64,000 bases of DNA from a virus (taxonomy: Duplodnaviria; Heunggongvirae; Uroviricota; Caudoviricetes), in IMG/VR virus record IMGVR_UViG_3300036760_000193, positions 27,395 through 91,394 of that record. The stretch is one strand, 5' to 3'. Position 1 is the stretch's first letter; every line of letters starts with the position of its first letter. Below are positions 9,997-18,843 of this stretch, piece after piece. A program made the position numbers and the translations under genes. The notes below the pieces were generated by a model that was not told the DNA's origin, searched no databases, and was given only the letters and a program-made list of their open reading frames with translations.

Positions 9997-10218
9997 TCAT
10001 TGATACTGAGGGTCATTCACCCATTTCACTGCATCTTGATAGAAGTAATTCAGGTCTATATCGACACCTTGATTGTGGTGGAACCACAGTACAAATGCCT
10101 TGTTGCATATTTCGGCCTTGTGAAGAGCGTAGTACCATCTGCAATTCAACATTACAGATAAAATCAAAAGCCAAATCATTCCTTTGATGCCCCATGTAAT
10201 TATTTTATCGTCATCCAT
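9997..10218 (-). CDS. hypothetical membrane protein (73 aa)
   Basis: Hydrophobic stretch MIWLLILSVML. Confidence 0.4.
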   Translation of the reverse strand: MDDDKIITWGIKGMIWLLILSVMLNCRWYYALHKAEICNKAFVLWFHHNQGVDIDLNYFYQDAVKWVNDPQYQ

Positions 10219-10348
10219 TTAGTCATCCCCCAAACTCAATGTGTCTTTTACTTCAATCTTTATTATCCGGCCAACAGCATGACATCGCGGACACAAAACT
10301 CTTACTACTCCAAATGCGTCTGTCCAAGCTGAATAGCGGGTGCAACAC

Positions 10349-10639
10349 TCAAGAATTACCTGGATTTCCATTCAGACCATCTACAATTGTAATGCCTTTC
10401 GCACACCATTCATTGACATCCGAAACATCAGGGCCGAACTGCGCCCCATACGATAGAGAGACAGGCTCTGAGTGTATTTCTTTATCATCAGCATTGTGAT
10501 CCCAAATGAATAGGTTCCCAATATGAGAGCCTGTGCGCCACACTTCTAATTGGTAACGTGCATCCAAAAAACTCACCCACACAAGTCCTACGGATTCATC
10601 TGGGTCTGCAATTCCGAACTTAGCTTTTGGTTGGTTCAT
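10349..10639 (-). CDS. hypothetical protein (96 aa)
   Basis: Minus ORF. Confidence 0.4.
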   Translation of the reverse strand: MNQPKAKFGIADPDESVGLVWVSFLDARYQLEVWRTGSHIGNLFIWDHNADDKEIHSEPVSLSYGAQFGPDVSDVNEWCAKGITIVDGLNGNPGNS

Positions 10640-10776
10640 CTTTCTTCTCCGTCTTTGGGGTTTTCTTATGCGGGGTGATATAAGTGTTCCATCGGTTACG
10701 AAAGGCTTTCTGAGACCGACTCATTACTTCACGCCAATTGATCGGCGGTCTTTCTGTAATCTCTTTAAGAACTATT

Positions 10777-11082
10777 TTAGGCTGTGGGCTTTCCATCGGT
10801 TTGCTCCTTTATTTTCTTCTCTGATATCTCAGCGGTGTTTTTGAGAATATCGAAGGACATCTGTCTTGCAGTTTCAAAGTTTAAGATCAAATGATCGTTG
10901 AACGGTTTTCCTGTTCGCAATAAATGCCAACACCAACGTAGCCGCTCTCTGAACGACATCTTTCCCTCACCAGGACTCATCATCCAACCTGTTATAAATA
11001 CTTCTGGAGCTTCGTCGTCATAGCTAACAGTTACGCCAGACGCGCTGCATTCACATGTGTAAAGCTTCTGTATATCATTCAT
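10777..11082 (-). CDS. hypothetical protein (101 aa)
   Basis: Minus ORF. Confidence 0.4.
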   Translation of the reverse strand: MNDIQKLYTCECSASGVTVSYDDEAPEVFITGWMMSPGEGKMSFRERLRWCWHLLRTGKPFNDHLILNFETARQMSFDILKNTAEISEKKIKEQTDGKPTA

Positions 11083-11091
11083 ACTTTCTCC

Positions 11092-11229
11092 TTATCCTCG
11101 TAAAATCCAAAATATCATCCAAAGCGTCACTGAGATCATAACTAGCAAGTCAACCAACGGATCGTCTTTTGTTGGCTTTGTAATGATTACTTTCTCATCA
11201 GGCTTTTTGATCTGTGTCTGGTCTGACAT
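11092..11229 (-). CDS. small membrane protein; trimmed from ORF 11092..11298 to ATG 11229
   Basis: C-terminal hydrophobic segment LLVMISVTLWMIFWIL; weak SD. Confidence 0.3.
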   Translation of the reverse strand: MSDQTQIKKPDEKVIITKPTKDDPLVDLLVMISVTLWMIFWILRG

Positions 11230-11815
11230 CGTAATTTCCTTTGAGGGGCTTAAGCTTGTTCTCTTGCATGGCTGATAGTTCTTCCAACAATTCAACAAGT
11301 GTTAGAGTGTCTCCAACATTGCCCCAGGTATACTTTTCAAGAGCGTCAAATAAAGGTTCGCGGGGTGCCTTATGTTTAATGGCGTAATAAACACTGAGAA
11401 TGATACCTAACACATCTTTGGTGCCGATAGACTTGCCTTCTTTATCTGTTTGTTTCTCCCCCCATTCTCCAAACTTTTTAATGAGGTTCAGTCCGCCCTC
11501 TGGGATTGCTTTAGCGCATTGTGGGCAAAAGACGGTACATAGCATATAATCAATGGTATCTAAATCGTACCCATCCTTGCAAACCGTGCATTCCTTAAAC
11601 ATGTCCCGCTTCTCCCGTCTCCATCCACTTAGAAATTCTTTGAAGTTGAAGATGATTATGACGATCAATAGAAAAACTATCATCAACTGAGATACAATCC
11701 AGTTGCCTAAACTTTGGTCTTGATACCGTGGGATTTCCAATAATTCCCGCAGGTCTGTCCATACGTTCCTCACTTCTTTCCACATTCTCCGTCTTCCCTG
11801 GGGGTCTGTGCCCAA
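11198..11815 (-). CDS. hypothetical membrane/zinc-finger protein (205 aa)
   Basis: TM segment LMIVFLLIVIIIF; CTVC...C..C motif. Confidence 0.45.
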   Translation of the reverse strand: MGTDPQGRRRMWKEVRNVWTDLRELLEIPRYQDQSLGNWIVSQLMIVFLLIVIIIFNFKEFLSGWRREKRDMFKECTVCKDGYDLDTIDYMLCTVFCPQCAKAIPEGGLNLIKKFGEWGEKQTDKEGKSIGTKDVLGIILSVYYAIKHKAPREPLFDALEKYTWGNVGDTLTLVELLEELSAMQENKLKPLKGNYDVRPDTDQKA

Positions 11816-12069
11816 CCCTTGAATCGCACTTCCACTTGTACAATGCCGTCTTCATCTACACACTTTCTGTGGGCTTTTAGAGAGGCCACGTCAGGATAAA
11901 CTTTATTGCCATCCGAAGCTTCCCCAAGCTCGAATTCGTAATCAACCCCACACATGTACCCAATGATTGATTGGGGCTTCGCTTTCTTAACTCTCTTTGC
12001 CATTTGATTTGATTTCCTCAATGCGTTTGTCGATCTGTTCTTCGACATACTCATATAAATTACGATCAC
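11770..12069 (-). CDS. hypothetical protein (99 aa)
   Basis: Minus ORF. Confidence 0.4.
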   Translation of the reverse strand: MIVIYMSMSKNRSTNALRKSNQMAKRVKKAKPQSIIGYMCGVDYEFELGEASDGNKVYPDVASLKAHRKCVDEDGIVQVEVRFKGWAQTPREDGECGKK

Positions 12070-12137
12070 TTAGCCCAGGACGTTCTTTCCAAATATCATG
12101 TCCTTTGGCTAAAATGTAGAGTGTCCGTGCTAAACGC

Positions 12138-12329
12138 TTAGCTGCTTTTAGGTCGTCCATTTTCTTCTATGACGATTTCTTTAAGCTTTTCTGTTATGAC
12201 CAATTGAGATTTCTGCATTGATAGCAAACAATCCAAGACGCCCACAATCCCTTCTGTCTTATAAACATGATCTATCATAATACGGAATTCTGCTTCTTCG
12301 GCAACTGGCATGTGTTCATCATTTATCAT
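12138..12329 (-). CDS. hypothetical protein (63 aa)
   Basis: Minus ORF. Confidence 0.35.
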   Translation of the reverse strand: MINDEHMPVAEEAEFRIMIDHVYKTEGIVGVLDCLLSMQKSQLVITEKLKEIVIEENGRPKSS

Positions 12330-12487
12330 TTGAATGCTCCCGTTAGGTGGATGTAGGTAATCGCATTAGCAAATGCTAATGCGTAAAAGAATGCTTTCCA
12401 AAACGGTTCTTTTGGGCTACACTCAAACGCACACCCCAACAACCAAACTCCAGCGGCGAGAGTAAACAGCCCAACTACAAAGCTCAT
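12326..12487 (-). CDS. small membrane protein (53 aa)
   Basis: ATG 12487 with AAGGAGA SD; two hydrophobic segments; contains the 10-bp palindrome cgcattagcaaatgctaatgcg. Confidence 0.4.
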   Translation of the reverse strand: MSFVVGLFTLAAGVWLLGCAFECSPKEPFWKAFFYALAFANAITYIHLTGAFK

Positions 12488-12732
12488 ACTTTTTTCTCCT
12501 TGTTTGGATGTTCTTGTTCAGCTAGTTTCTTAAACTCCTTGGAAATATCTCTATATCTATGCGCCAACTCATCTTGACCCACTTCAAAATAAGCGGTCGC
12601 TTTGGCGATCATGATTGTTGCTGCTCTTGATAATCCAGAAGAAATGCCGACTTGATAAGAATTATTAAGTTTCTCATCAAACTCTTCCTCAGTCATTTTC
12701 TCCCCATCCACATCTATTATATTTTTGCTCAT
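12484..12732 (-). CDS. hypothetical protein (82 aa)
   Basis: Minus ORF. Confidence 0.4.
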   Translation of the reverse strand: MSKNIIDVDGEKMTEEEFDEKLNNSYQVGISSGLSRAATIMIAKATAYFEVGQDELAHRYRDISKEFKKLAEQEHPNKEKKV

Positions 12733-13181
12733 ATCTTATTGTACGTCTTTTCTGTTTCTTTGTCAATTGGTTTTTGTCCCGTGGAATTATAATAACGGGC
12801 TACGCCAGTTGTGAAGAACGGCAAGTAACGGTCAGTGTCATCCAGGCATAAGTCGATACCTTCACGCTGGCAATACTCCGCTTTGGTCTTGCTCCATACA
12901 TCGTCATCCATCCACGGGTTCTTTTCATCACCCCACATCTTTGTCCCAATCTTTTTATGGTAATCTGAGATAGAAAAGAGATGAGTGTAATGCTCATAAC
13001 GATTGATCCCAAGACGTTTCAGTTCCGCTATGATACCATTCTCAATGTGCTTGCCCGTTAGGATGTGCACTTCCCAATTAGCATCGCGGAGGGTACACAG
13101 GAAGTCTGAAAAGAACTCTGGGTCTTTATCCAAGACTCCATGAATGTCTACAGCGACCTTACGACGGCTCAATCGGCTCAT
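12729..13181 (-). CDS. possible HAD-like hydrolase / nucleotidase-like protein
   Basis: N-terminal VAVDIHGVLD resembles HAD motif I (DxDGxL) with the second Asp replaced by His. Confidence 0.3.
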   Translation of the reverse strand: MSRLSRRKVAVDIHGVLDKDPEFFSDFLCTLRDANWEVHILTGKHIENGIIAELKRLGINRYEHYTHLFSISDYHKKIGTKMWGDEKNPWMDDDVWSKTKAEYCQREGIDLCLDDTDRYLPFFTTGVARYYNSTGQKPIDKETEKTYNKI

Positions 13182-13368
13182 GATGTTCCACCAGTACCTT
13201 TATTTCCGCCAACAGTCTATCTTTGGTTGCCCGTCGGATGGAACTCTCTGGGGAGCGGTGTTCAATCTCTATCCCCGTTGGCTTGTGAGTCATCCGGATA
13301 AACTCCCCCTTCCCCATCATGTCAATGGTCGAAGCGTCTATCTTAACGTCTTCAATCTTGAACTTCAT
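13159..13368 (-). CDS. hypothetical protein (69 aa)
   Basis: Minus ORF. Confidence 0.35.
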   Translation of the reverse strand: MKFKIEDVKIDASTIDMMGKGEFIRMTHKPTGIEIEHRSPESSIRRATKDRLLAEIKVLVEHHEPIEPS

Positions 13369-13699
13369 CCAAATAGCCCTGATGGAATTCTTTGTCTGTG
13401 ACTGCTCTTTCTTTCTTCATACGGTCGAATGCTTTGTCGTCACAATATTCCATTGTGTAGCCAGGCTGAGTGTCGTAAGAGTAGGCTTTACGAAATGCTT
13501 CTGCCGTTGGGAATACTTTGTATTGAATACTCGACTTCAAAGGGTTGGCTGGGTGTCCGCCAAACGTTCTCACAACTACCATACCGATTGGACGCGCTAT
13601 AATATAGACCCACGCTGAGAACATTTCGTGGAATCTCATTCCTGCTTTTGGCTTTGCAAAGGCTTTCTCTGTATCACGCTTCATTTTATCGTAGTCCAT
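13352..13699 (-). CDS. hypothetical protein (115 aa)
   Basis: Minus ORF. Confidence 0.4.
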   Translation of the reverse strand: MDYDKMKRDTEKAFAKPKAGMRFHEMFSAWVYIIARPIGMVVVRTFGGHPANPLKSSIQYKVFPTAEAFRKAYSYDTQPGYTMEYCDDKAFDRMKKERAVTDKEFHQGYLDEVQD

Positions 13700-13952
13700 T
13701 TTCTTTCTCCAATAGGTTTATAGTGAATGTTTTTCCTAACAGTTTTTTAATTTCATCCCCCTGATATTCAAGTGGAGCGAAAGTTCTCAGTACGCCTTTG
13801 ATTCTACTCTCTACAGTCTTTAGATCAGTTACGAAAAGCATATCACGCTTAATAGTCTTGAACCACCGCCGATCAAGATTCTCTACAACATAGTAAATAA
13901 ATGATCCGTCACCCTGTTGCACAACTTTTTCTACTCTTAATTGAATTCTCAT
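13686..13952 (-). CDS. hypothetical protein (88 aa)
   Basis: Minus ORF. Confidence 0.4.
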   Translation of the reverse strand: MRIQLRVEKVVQQGDGSFIYYVVENLDRRWFKTIKRDMLFVTDLKTVESRIKGVLRTFAPLEYQGDEIKKLLGKTFTINLLEKENGLR

Positions 13953-14584
13953 ATCAATTTCTCCAATTCCGCCCGAACTCTTTCAGGCGTAGTTTTTTCG
14001 TATGCTTCATTGAAAAGTGTTCGACAAGCGACAAGACTTTTAGGGTCGGGACGGTATCCCTTAGCAAGGAACCGATAGAAACGAAATACGCGAAGATAGT
14101 CTTCTTTGATACGGTCTTCGGGGCGTCCAATGAATCTAAGGATTTTCTTTTCAAGGTCTTCGGTTCCCTGTGATAAAGGATCAAGGATGGTTCCGTCCAA
14201 GCGCATGTAAAGAGCGTTGATGGTAAAATCCCTACGTTTGGCATCCTCTTCCAAAGTGCCAATAGAAACGCTATCAGGCCGTCGGCCATCTGAGTACACA
14301 CCATCTTTGCGATAGTTAGCAACTTCATACTGTTCGTTGTCCTTTGAAATGGAGAGCACCAAGAATGCTTTGCCTGTTGTGCTTACTGCCCATCCAGCCT
14401 CTTTGAAAATCTCTTCGAGTTTATCCATCGGTATGTCCGTAACAAAATCATAATCAGACGGCTCCTTATGTAAGATTGTGTCACGAACGCTTCCTCCAAC
14501 GAGATAATTGTTTTGACTGTATGTGTCCAGGATCATGAATATCTGGACAAGCTGCATTTGTATTTTAGGGTTTAACAGGTTCAT
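13949..14584 (-). CDS. tRNA nucleotidyltransferase / poly(A) polymerase family head domain (CCA-adding-enzyme-like, 211 aa)
   Basis: GGSVRD...DYDF...RRDFTINA motifs of the Pol-beta nucleotidyltransferase (PolyA_pol head) family. Confidence 0.65.
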   Translation of the reverse strand: MNLLNPKIQMQLVQIFMILDTYSQNNYLVGGSVRDTILHKEPSDYDFVTDIPMDKLEEIFKEAGWAVSTTGKAFLVLSISKDNEQYEVANYRKDGVYSDGRRPDSVSIGTLEEDAKRRDFTINALYMRLDGTILDPLSQGTEDLEKKILRFIGRPEDRIKEDYLRVFRFYRFLAKGYRPDPKSLVACRTLFNEAYEKTTPERVRAELEKLI

Positions 14585-15209
14585 GAATTGGTTTTGGGTA
14601 CGGCAATATTTTGTAATGAAGCTTCTTCAACAACTCTTTCTTCCGCTTCCTATTACAATTAAAGTAAACGTATCGGTGCTTCTGTGGTCTTTCCACCCAG
14701 ATCACTTCATCGCCCCACTTCTCATTGATCTCTTTGTTCGTCATGTGCTGAGCGAACGTAGTGTGATGCAAAGATGGGTTCGCTTTCAACTTAGGGTCTT
14801 TGAACTTTGTGGATAGTCCTGTGTAAAACCAATTGGTCGCCTGATATACAAAACCAACATGCCCCCTGCTTGCATCAGCAAAACTTACAATTATTTCTTT
14901 ATCAAGCTTCTTCAACGTATACCCAATCAAAAAACTTTCACAGTTACGTGGTAAGCTATCTTCAAGCCAAAGACGTGTCAACTCATATACATTACTGGCT
15001 TCTTCTTCTCCACAAACACCACGTCGTAGTGTGGTGGACGCGCTTACCCCATAAATGATAACCCCGACTAATTCTTCTGTGATTTTTCTGAATAGACCAA
15101 ATGCTTTGGAGCATGGTGCTTTACGGTGCAAGTAATGGTTTTTTACAACCATGTCTTGTGCGATAGGCTTTTCGACTGGTAGAATCTCGAAGTCTTCGGC
15201 AATACTCAT
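14565..15209 (-). CDS. Mom-like / GNAT-fold putative modification enzyme, paralog C
   Basis: Shares HYxH, PRNxESF, SFADxxxGHVGFVYQATNW and KHRYVY motifs with 17018..17581 and 17751..18338. Confidence 0.5.
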   Translation of the reverse strand: MSIAEDFEILPVEKPIAQDMVVKNHYLHRKAPCSKAFGLFRKITEELVGVIIYGVSASTTLRRGVCGEEEASNVYELTRLWLEDSLPRNCESFLIGYTLKKLDKEIIVSFADASRGHVGFVYQATNWFYTGLSTKFKDPKLKANPSLHHTTFAQHMTNKEINEKWGDEVIWVERPQKHRYVYFNCNRKRKKELLKKLHYKILPYPKPIHEPVKP

Positions 15210-15210
15210 C

Positions 15211-15798
15211 TTATTTTCTTATCTGTTTCGCCCGTTCTTCGTATGCGTCTGGTAACTTTGAATTTTCTAACTTTGTTCCTTCGGAAAAAAAGTGAGCGTT
15301 ACCACGACCCATAACACGCCCTTCTTTAGTGTGAATATCTAGAGCGTAATCTGGTATCGGTTTCTTTTCTTGTGAACCTTCAAAAAAAACTATATTTGCA
15401 TTATCTACGATGCGGGACTTGGGTTCACGAACAAGAAGAATAACGGCCTGTATAAAAAATAGTCTGTCACCTGGATTGTTATTCTTCTTCATCTTAGTCC
15501 ATAGTTCATGTAATGTTTGAATACGAACAACCGCATTAAAATCGGCGGGGCCAATATCTTCGGTAGCAATGATTTCAAAACGAGCCCAAGCTAGACTAGC
15601 ATGATTGCTTTTATACAACTCCACAGCCCAATATAAAGCATCTTCTTCGAGTCCTCTGCGAATTGATTTTTGAAGGGCAGATAAGACTTGATGTACGTCA
15701 TATCCTCCTACGGTTGGCATCTGCATAAAGGTATCTTTTGCAGTGGTAACTGCATTTGTCTTTACTTCCATGTTAATCTCCTTTAAGAATAATTTCAA
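15211..15798 (-). CDS. hypothetical protein (195 aa)
   Basis: Minus ORF; ATGA overlap with the upstream gene. Confidence 0.45.
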   Translation of the reverse strand: MKLFLKEINMEVKTNAVTTAKDTFMQMPTVGGYDVHQVLSALQKSIRRGLEEDALYWAVELYKSNHASLAWARFEIIATEDIGPADFNAVVRIQTLHELWTKMKKNNNPGDRLFFIQAVILLVREPKSRIVDNANIVFFEGSQEKKPIPDYALDIHTKEGRVMGRGNAHFFSEGTKLENSKLPDAYEERAKQIRK

Positions 15799-16751
15799 CC
15801 GTGACAGGTTGGTGAAAATGCTTTGAGAATACCGTCTTTCATTTTCACATTTGGTAATTTACATCCTGGGAATGCCTTTTTCAAATAATGAAATTCTTTC
15901 CACCAAGCAGGGTCTCGATAATGTCTGTCTTCCATTTTTTCGGTGGGAGGGTAACGAATGACAGCTCCTGTATACAACGATACGATACCGCCGTTTGCTG
16001 TTTCTGATAAAGAACGTCCACGATCTTCTAATTGATTAACAGGTCTCCAAATCCCCTTTGCATCTTTTGATATGATAAAAAGATTACGAATGTACCCATC
16101 ATAGCCAATTTTATGAAACATTTTGTCTTTATTTTCTCTTGGCATACCCATACCCTCAAAACGCGCCCCCACATTATTCTGGAGATAAGGACTGGATAAA
16201 GTAATTCCGAATAGTTTCATTCCTTGAAGTTGGTATGCAACCTCAGCACAAAAATTCTGTGGTGTCGAAAGACTTACACCGTTAACTCGGTCGGCTGGAA
16301 TCGCATGAAGAAAATCAGCATCTGAAATTAAAATAAACTCAGCATCTCCGATTAATTCCTTTTCTATATAAGTCCAATCTTCCCCAAAAGATTTTCCGTC
16401 AGGTCTACCAACAACTTCAAACCCCCGCATTATATCTACATATTCTTTTTTCTGTTCTAAACATTGTTTCTTTCTTTTATTTACACAGTCCTTCAAAGCT
16501 TTAGTACAGGCGTCTAACTGTCTTTGATATACAGAAATAATACGCCGACGGACTGGAATCAGCGGTTCACTTTTTCTATTCCACAGTCTATGGTGTGCGT
16601 CAAAACCTAACCATTCTAACTTAGTATTATGTCCTTCTCCATAGGGTCTAACAAGCGATTTTACCTGATGTGCCGCATCTTCTTCTGTTCGCGCCCCACA
16701 TCTAATGCCGATAGTAAGTGTCGGGCATTCTGGTAAATTTTGCGTTGCCAT
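15795..16751 (-). CDS. hypothetical protein, possible GT-A-like glycosyltransferase (DxD-type ISDAD motif)
   Basis: Start moved to ATG 16751 (GGGGG SD 9 nt upstream, directly after the upstream stop); ILISDADF motif. Confidence 0.4.
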   Translation of the reverse strand: MATQNLPECPTLTIGIRCGARTEEDAAHQVKSLVRPYGEGHNTKLEWLGFDAHHRLWNRKSEPLIPVRRRIISVYQRQLDACTKALKDCVNKRKKQCLEQKKEYVDIMRGFEVVGRPDGKSFGEDWTYIEKELIGDAEFILISDADFLHAIPADRVNGVSLSTPQNFCAEVAYQLQGMKLFGITLSSPYLQNNVGARFEGMGMPRENKDKMFHKIGYDGYIRNLFIISKDAKGIWRPVNQLEDRGRSLSETANGGIVSLYTGAVIRYPPTEKMEDRHYRDPAWWKEFHYLKKAFPGCKLPNVKMKDGILKAFSPTCHG

Positions 16752-16752
16752 A

Positions 16753-16935
16753 TTATTGACCCCCATATTGTTCTGAATTAAATACCTGAACAGCGAAAGC
16801 TTCTTGGATATCACATTCCTTAAAACCATGTTTCAATAACAGACGCCCAATTTGGTTGGTATTTTTTCCCACCCACAATTTGGTGTTTTCATCCAAAAAT
16901 TCTAACACCGATTCAAACCCACGTTTCTTTTTCAT
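16753..16935 (-). CDS. hypothetical protein (60 aa), probably leaderless
   Basis: ATG 5 nt downstream of the P4 -10 (TATAAT-ggagt-ATG). Confidence 0.4.
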   Translation of the reverse strand: MKKKRGFESVLEFLDENTKLWVGKNTNQIGRLLLKHGFKECDIQEAFAVQVFNSEQYGGQ

Positions 16936-16940
16936 ACTCC

Positions 16941-16969
16941 ATTATACCATGAAAACGATAATTTGTCAA
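16941..16969 (-). promoter_or_regulatory. sigma70-type promoter P4 (TTGACA-17-TATAAT)
   Basis: Plus attata 16941-16946 and tgtcaa 16964-16969; near-identical copy of P8. Confidence 0.6.
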
Positions 16970-17017
16970 GGGGAATCTGATTGTTGATTATTTGATATGA
17001 TTTTTAGAGGTGTTTTA

Positions 17018-17581
17018 CTATACCCATTGCTTTACTTCGTACTTCAAGGCAGGTTTCAAGCCGGGTTTTAACAGATACACGTATTTATGTTTTGGTTCTC
17101 TAGGTTCGGTTGTAATGGGTCCAACTCCCATTTCTGCCAGTTTTTTCATAGACGACGTACCGTAAAGATTATAGAATTGTTTGGGGTGCATTTCACGTCC
17201 ATTCAGGAACATACGGTCTCGATCTTGTTTCTGTTTTCCAAGGTAGAGAAAATTGCTGGCACGGTAAATGATGCCCTTATGACCATACTTAGGATCAGAG
17301 AAACTTACGATTGCTTTTACATCTGTATTCTTTTGGAGCCAACGCAAACACCACCCAACAAATCTAGATTCGCTATTCTTCGGTATTTCATCTAACAAAA
17401 CTAATCGTTGTAGTTCAAGATAATCCTTATAATTTTCATAGCCTTTAAGAACTTCAACGGCCTTTGGGTTTCCACCAATCATACCAAAAAGACAGGCACC
17501 AACCAAAATACCGTTCACTGTTATCTTAAACGCATGGGAAACAACTTTGTGGTGTGTGTGTGAATAATGATGTGTGTCCAC
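17018..17581 (-). CDS. Mom-like / GNAT-fold putative modification enzyme, paralog A
   Basis: Table ORF runs to 17677 but its first 17 codons are the tRNA; likely GTG start at 17581. Motifs HHYSH, PKNSESRF, SFSDPKYGHKGIIYRASNF, PKHKYVY. Confidence 0.45.
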   Translation of the reverse strand: MDTHHYSHTHHKVVSHAFKITVNGILVGACLFGMIGGNPKAVEVLKGYENYKDYLELQRLVLLDEIPKNSESRFVGWCLRWLQKNTDVKAIVSFSDPKYGHKGIIYRASNFLYLGKQKQDRDRMFLNGREMHPKQFYNLYGTSSMKKLAEMGVGPITTEPREPKHKYVYLLKPGLKPALKYEVKQWV

Positions 17582-17618
17582 AAAATTAGCAACTTCTTTT
17601 AATGGACACTTTTCAAAA

Positions 17619-17692
17619 TGGAGCGGAGGGGTCGGGATCGAACCGCCATCCTGTTCGGGAAGAACAGATTTTTCCACTTAAACTACCTCCGC
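17619..17692 (-). tRNA. tRNA, probably tRNA-Gly(UCC)
   Basis: 74 nt GCGGAGG...CCTCCGC-T-CCA. 7-bp acceptor stem, TTCGATC T-loop, 5-bp anticodon stem CTGTT/AACAG with loop CTTCCCG (anticodon UCC), CCA encoded. Confidence 0.7.
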
Positions 17693-17725
17693 AAATTGAA
17701 CAATCAAAGATTTCATACTATCTAT

Positions 17726-17754
17726 ATTATACGAAATATTTTCATTGATCTTAA
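17726..17754 (-). promoter_or_regulatory. candidate promoter upstream of the tRNA (-10 TATAAT, weak -35 TTAAGA, 17-nt spacer)
   Basis: Minus strand TTAAGA-N17-TATAAT about 35 nt upstream of the tRNA 5' end. Confidence 0.3.
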
Positions 17755-18338
17755 GAACTTCTAGTGAATTCATACAAATAAATTACCTTGCCTTTCTGTT
17801 CCTTGTAGAACGCTTCTCCAGTTTCCAACGCCGCTTTAACTCTGGCGGCGAACGGTTTCAATCGCCCTTTATACTTTGTTCTAATAGCTTTATCATGGTA
17901 CTTCTTACCATTCCACAAGATCACTCGTCCCTTGGCGGTTTCCCCAAGGCGTTTGAAATTGCTGGCTTGATAGATAATCCCCTGATGGTTATAATTAGTA
18001 TCCGCATAGGAAATGATACGTTTGATCTGAGTATTTTTCTTAATCCAAAGAAGGCATTTGGATATAAAGAATGATTCAGTATTCTTGGGGGTGTCATCAA
18101 TACAACACAACCTGCGAAGTTCTATAAGGTCTTCTTCTTTTTCAGCGTACTTCTTCCAGACATTAGCCATCGCCAATCCGCCAAATAGCGCAGCCCCTAT
18201 CAATTGTTCACCATTACGTAGGGCAAAACAATAAGAAAGCCGCAACCCATTCACCGATTTAGAATAATGCCATTGTTCTACGAAGGGTCGCAACTTATCT
18301 ATTGTTGATAATTCAACTCGGAAAGCCTTAACATCCAT
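17751..18338 (-). CDS. Mom-like / GNAT-fold putative modification enzyme, paralog B
   Basis: Motifs WHYSKS, ELRRL, TPKNTESFF, SYADTNYNHQGIIYQASNF. Confidence 0.5.
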   Translation of the reverse strand: MDVKAFRVELSTIDKLRPFVEQWHYSKSVNGLRLSYCFALRNGEQLIGAALFGGLAMANVWKKYAEKEEDLIELRRLCCIDDTPKNTESFFISKCLLWIKKNTQIKRIISYADTNYNHQGIIYQASNFKRLGETAKGRVILWNGKKYHDKAIRTKYKGRLKPFAARVKAALETGEAFYKEQKGKVIYLYEFTRSS

Positions 18339-18353
18339 TAAAGAATTATACGC

Positions 18354-18674
18354 TTATTTTGACTTGTTGTCTAGGTAAAACTTTTGAAACTGACTCCAAC
18401 CCCATTTTACATAAGGTTCGGGCACTGGCTCTCCAAGGTAAAACCGCATAAAGCTCTGCAACTTCTGTTGGAATATCTCGAAGGTCGGGCAGTCATTGAC
18501 CAACTTCCTCAACTTATACTCAACGTTCTCTGATGTTCTTTCTTTAGACTCAAGGTCTTGTTCTGCAAGAAAATCTTCTGCCTCTTTGCGGGTGCGAAAT
18601 TGTTGTATGGCAAGTCCGTCTTCTGCTGTTACCGCAAAATTATTTGCGTTTTCGTTGAACTCTATTTTTAACAC
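18354..18674 (-). CDS. hypothetical protein (106 aa)
   Basis: Minus ORF. Confidence 0.4.
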   Translation of the reverse strand: MLKIEFNENANNFAVTAEDGLAIQQFRTRKEAEDFLAEQDLESKERTSENVEYKLRKLVNDCPTFEIFQQKLQSFMRFYLGEPVPEPYVKWGWSQFQKFYLDNKSK

Positions 18675-18843
18675 GTTGTCTCCTTTTTGTAACTCTTAAC
18701 TCAATGCCAAGTAACCCAAAACTCAAGGCATAACAATTCTCGTCTGAATTATCCCATTCATGCCACGGATGCCAGAACCAGAAGTCTGACACCTCAAGCT
18801 TTAGATTGTAACGGCTAACGCCGATGTGGGTCTCAATGTACAT
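18640..18843 (-). CDS. hypothetical protein (67 aa), uncertain
   Basis: Overlaps both neighbours. Confidence 0.25.
   Translation of the reverse strand: MYIETHIGVSRYNLKLEVSDFWFWHPWHEWDNSDENCYALSFGLLGIELRVTKRRQRVKNRVQRKRK

Noticed and set aside
11595-11855. 86-aa minus ORF inside 11198..11815
   Set aside because: An embedded alternative frame of a longer ORF with a better start context.
12341-12364. 10-bp perfect palindrome cgcattagca-aa-tgctaatgcg as a candidate terminator
   Set aside because: No U-run follows on either strand, and it sits inside a small membrane-protein ORF (12326..12487) where it encodes the palindromic peptide YALAFANAI.
17582-17677. First 32 codons of ORF 17018..17677
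   Set aside because: The first 17 codons are the tRNA gene itself (17619..17692). The Mom-like protein probably begins at GTG 17581 or later.
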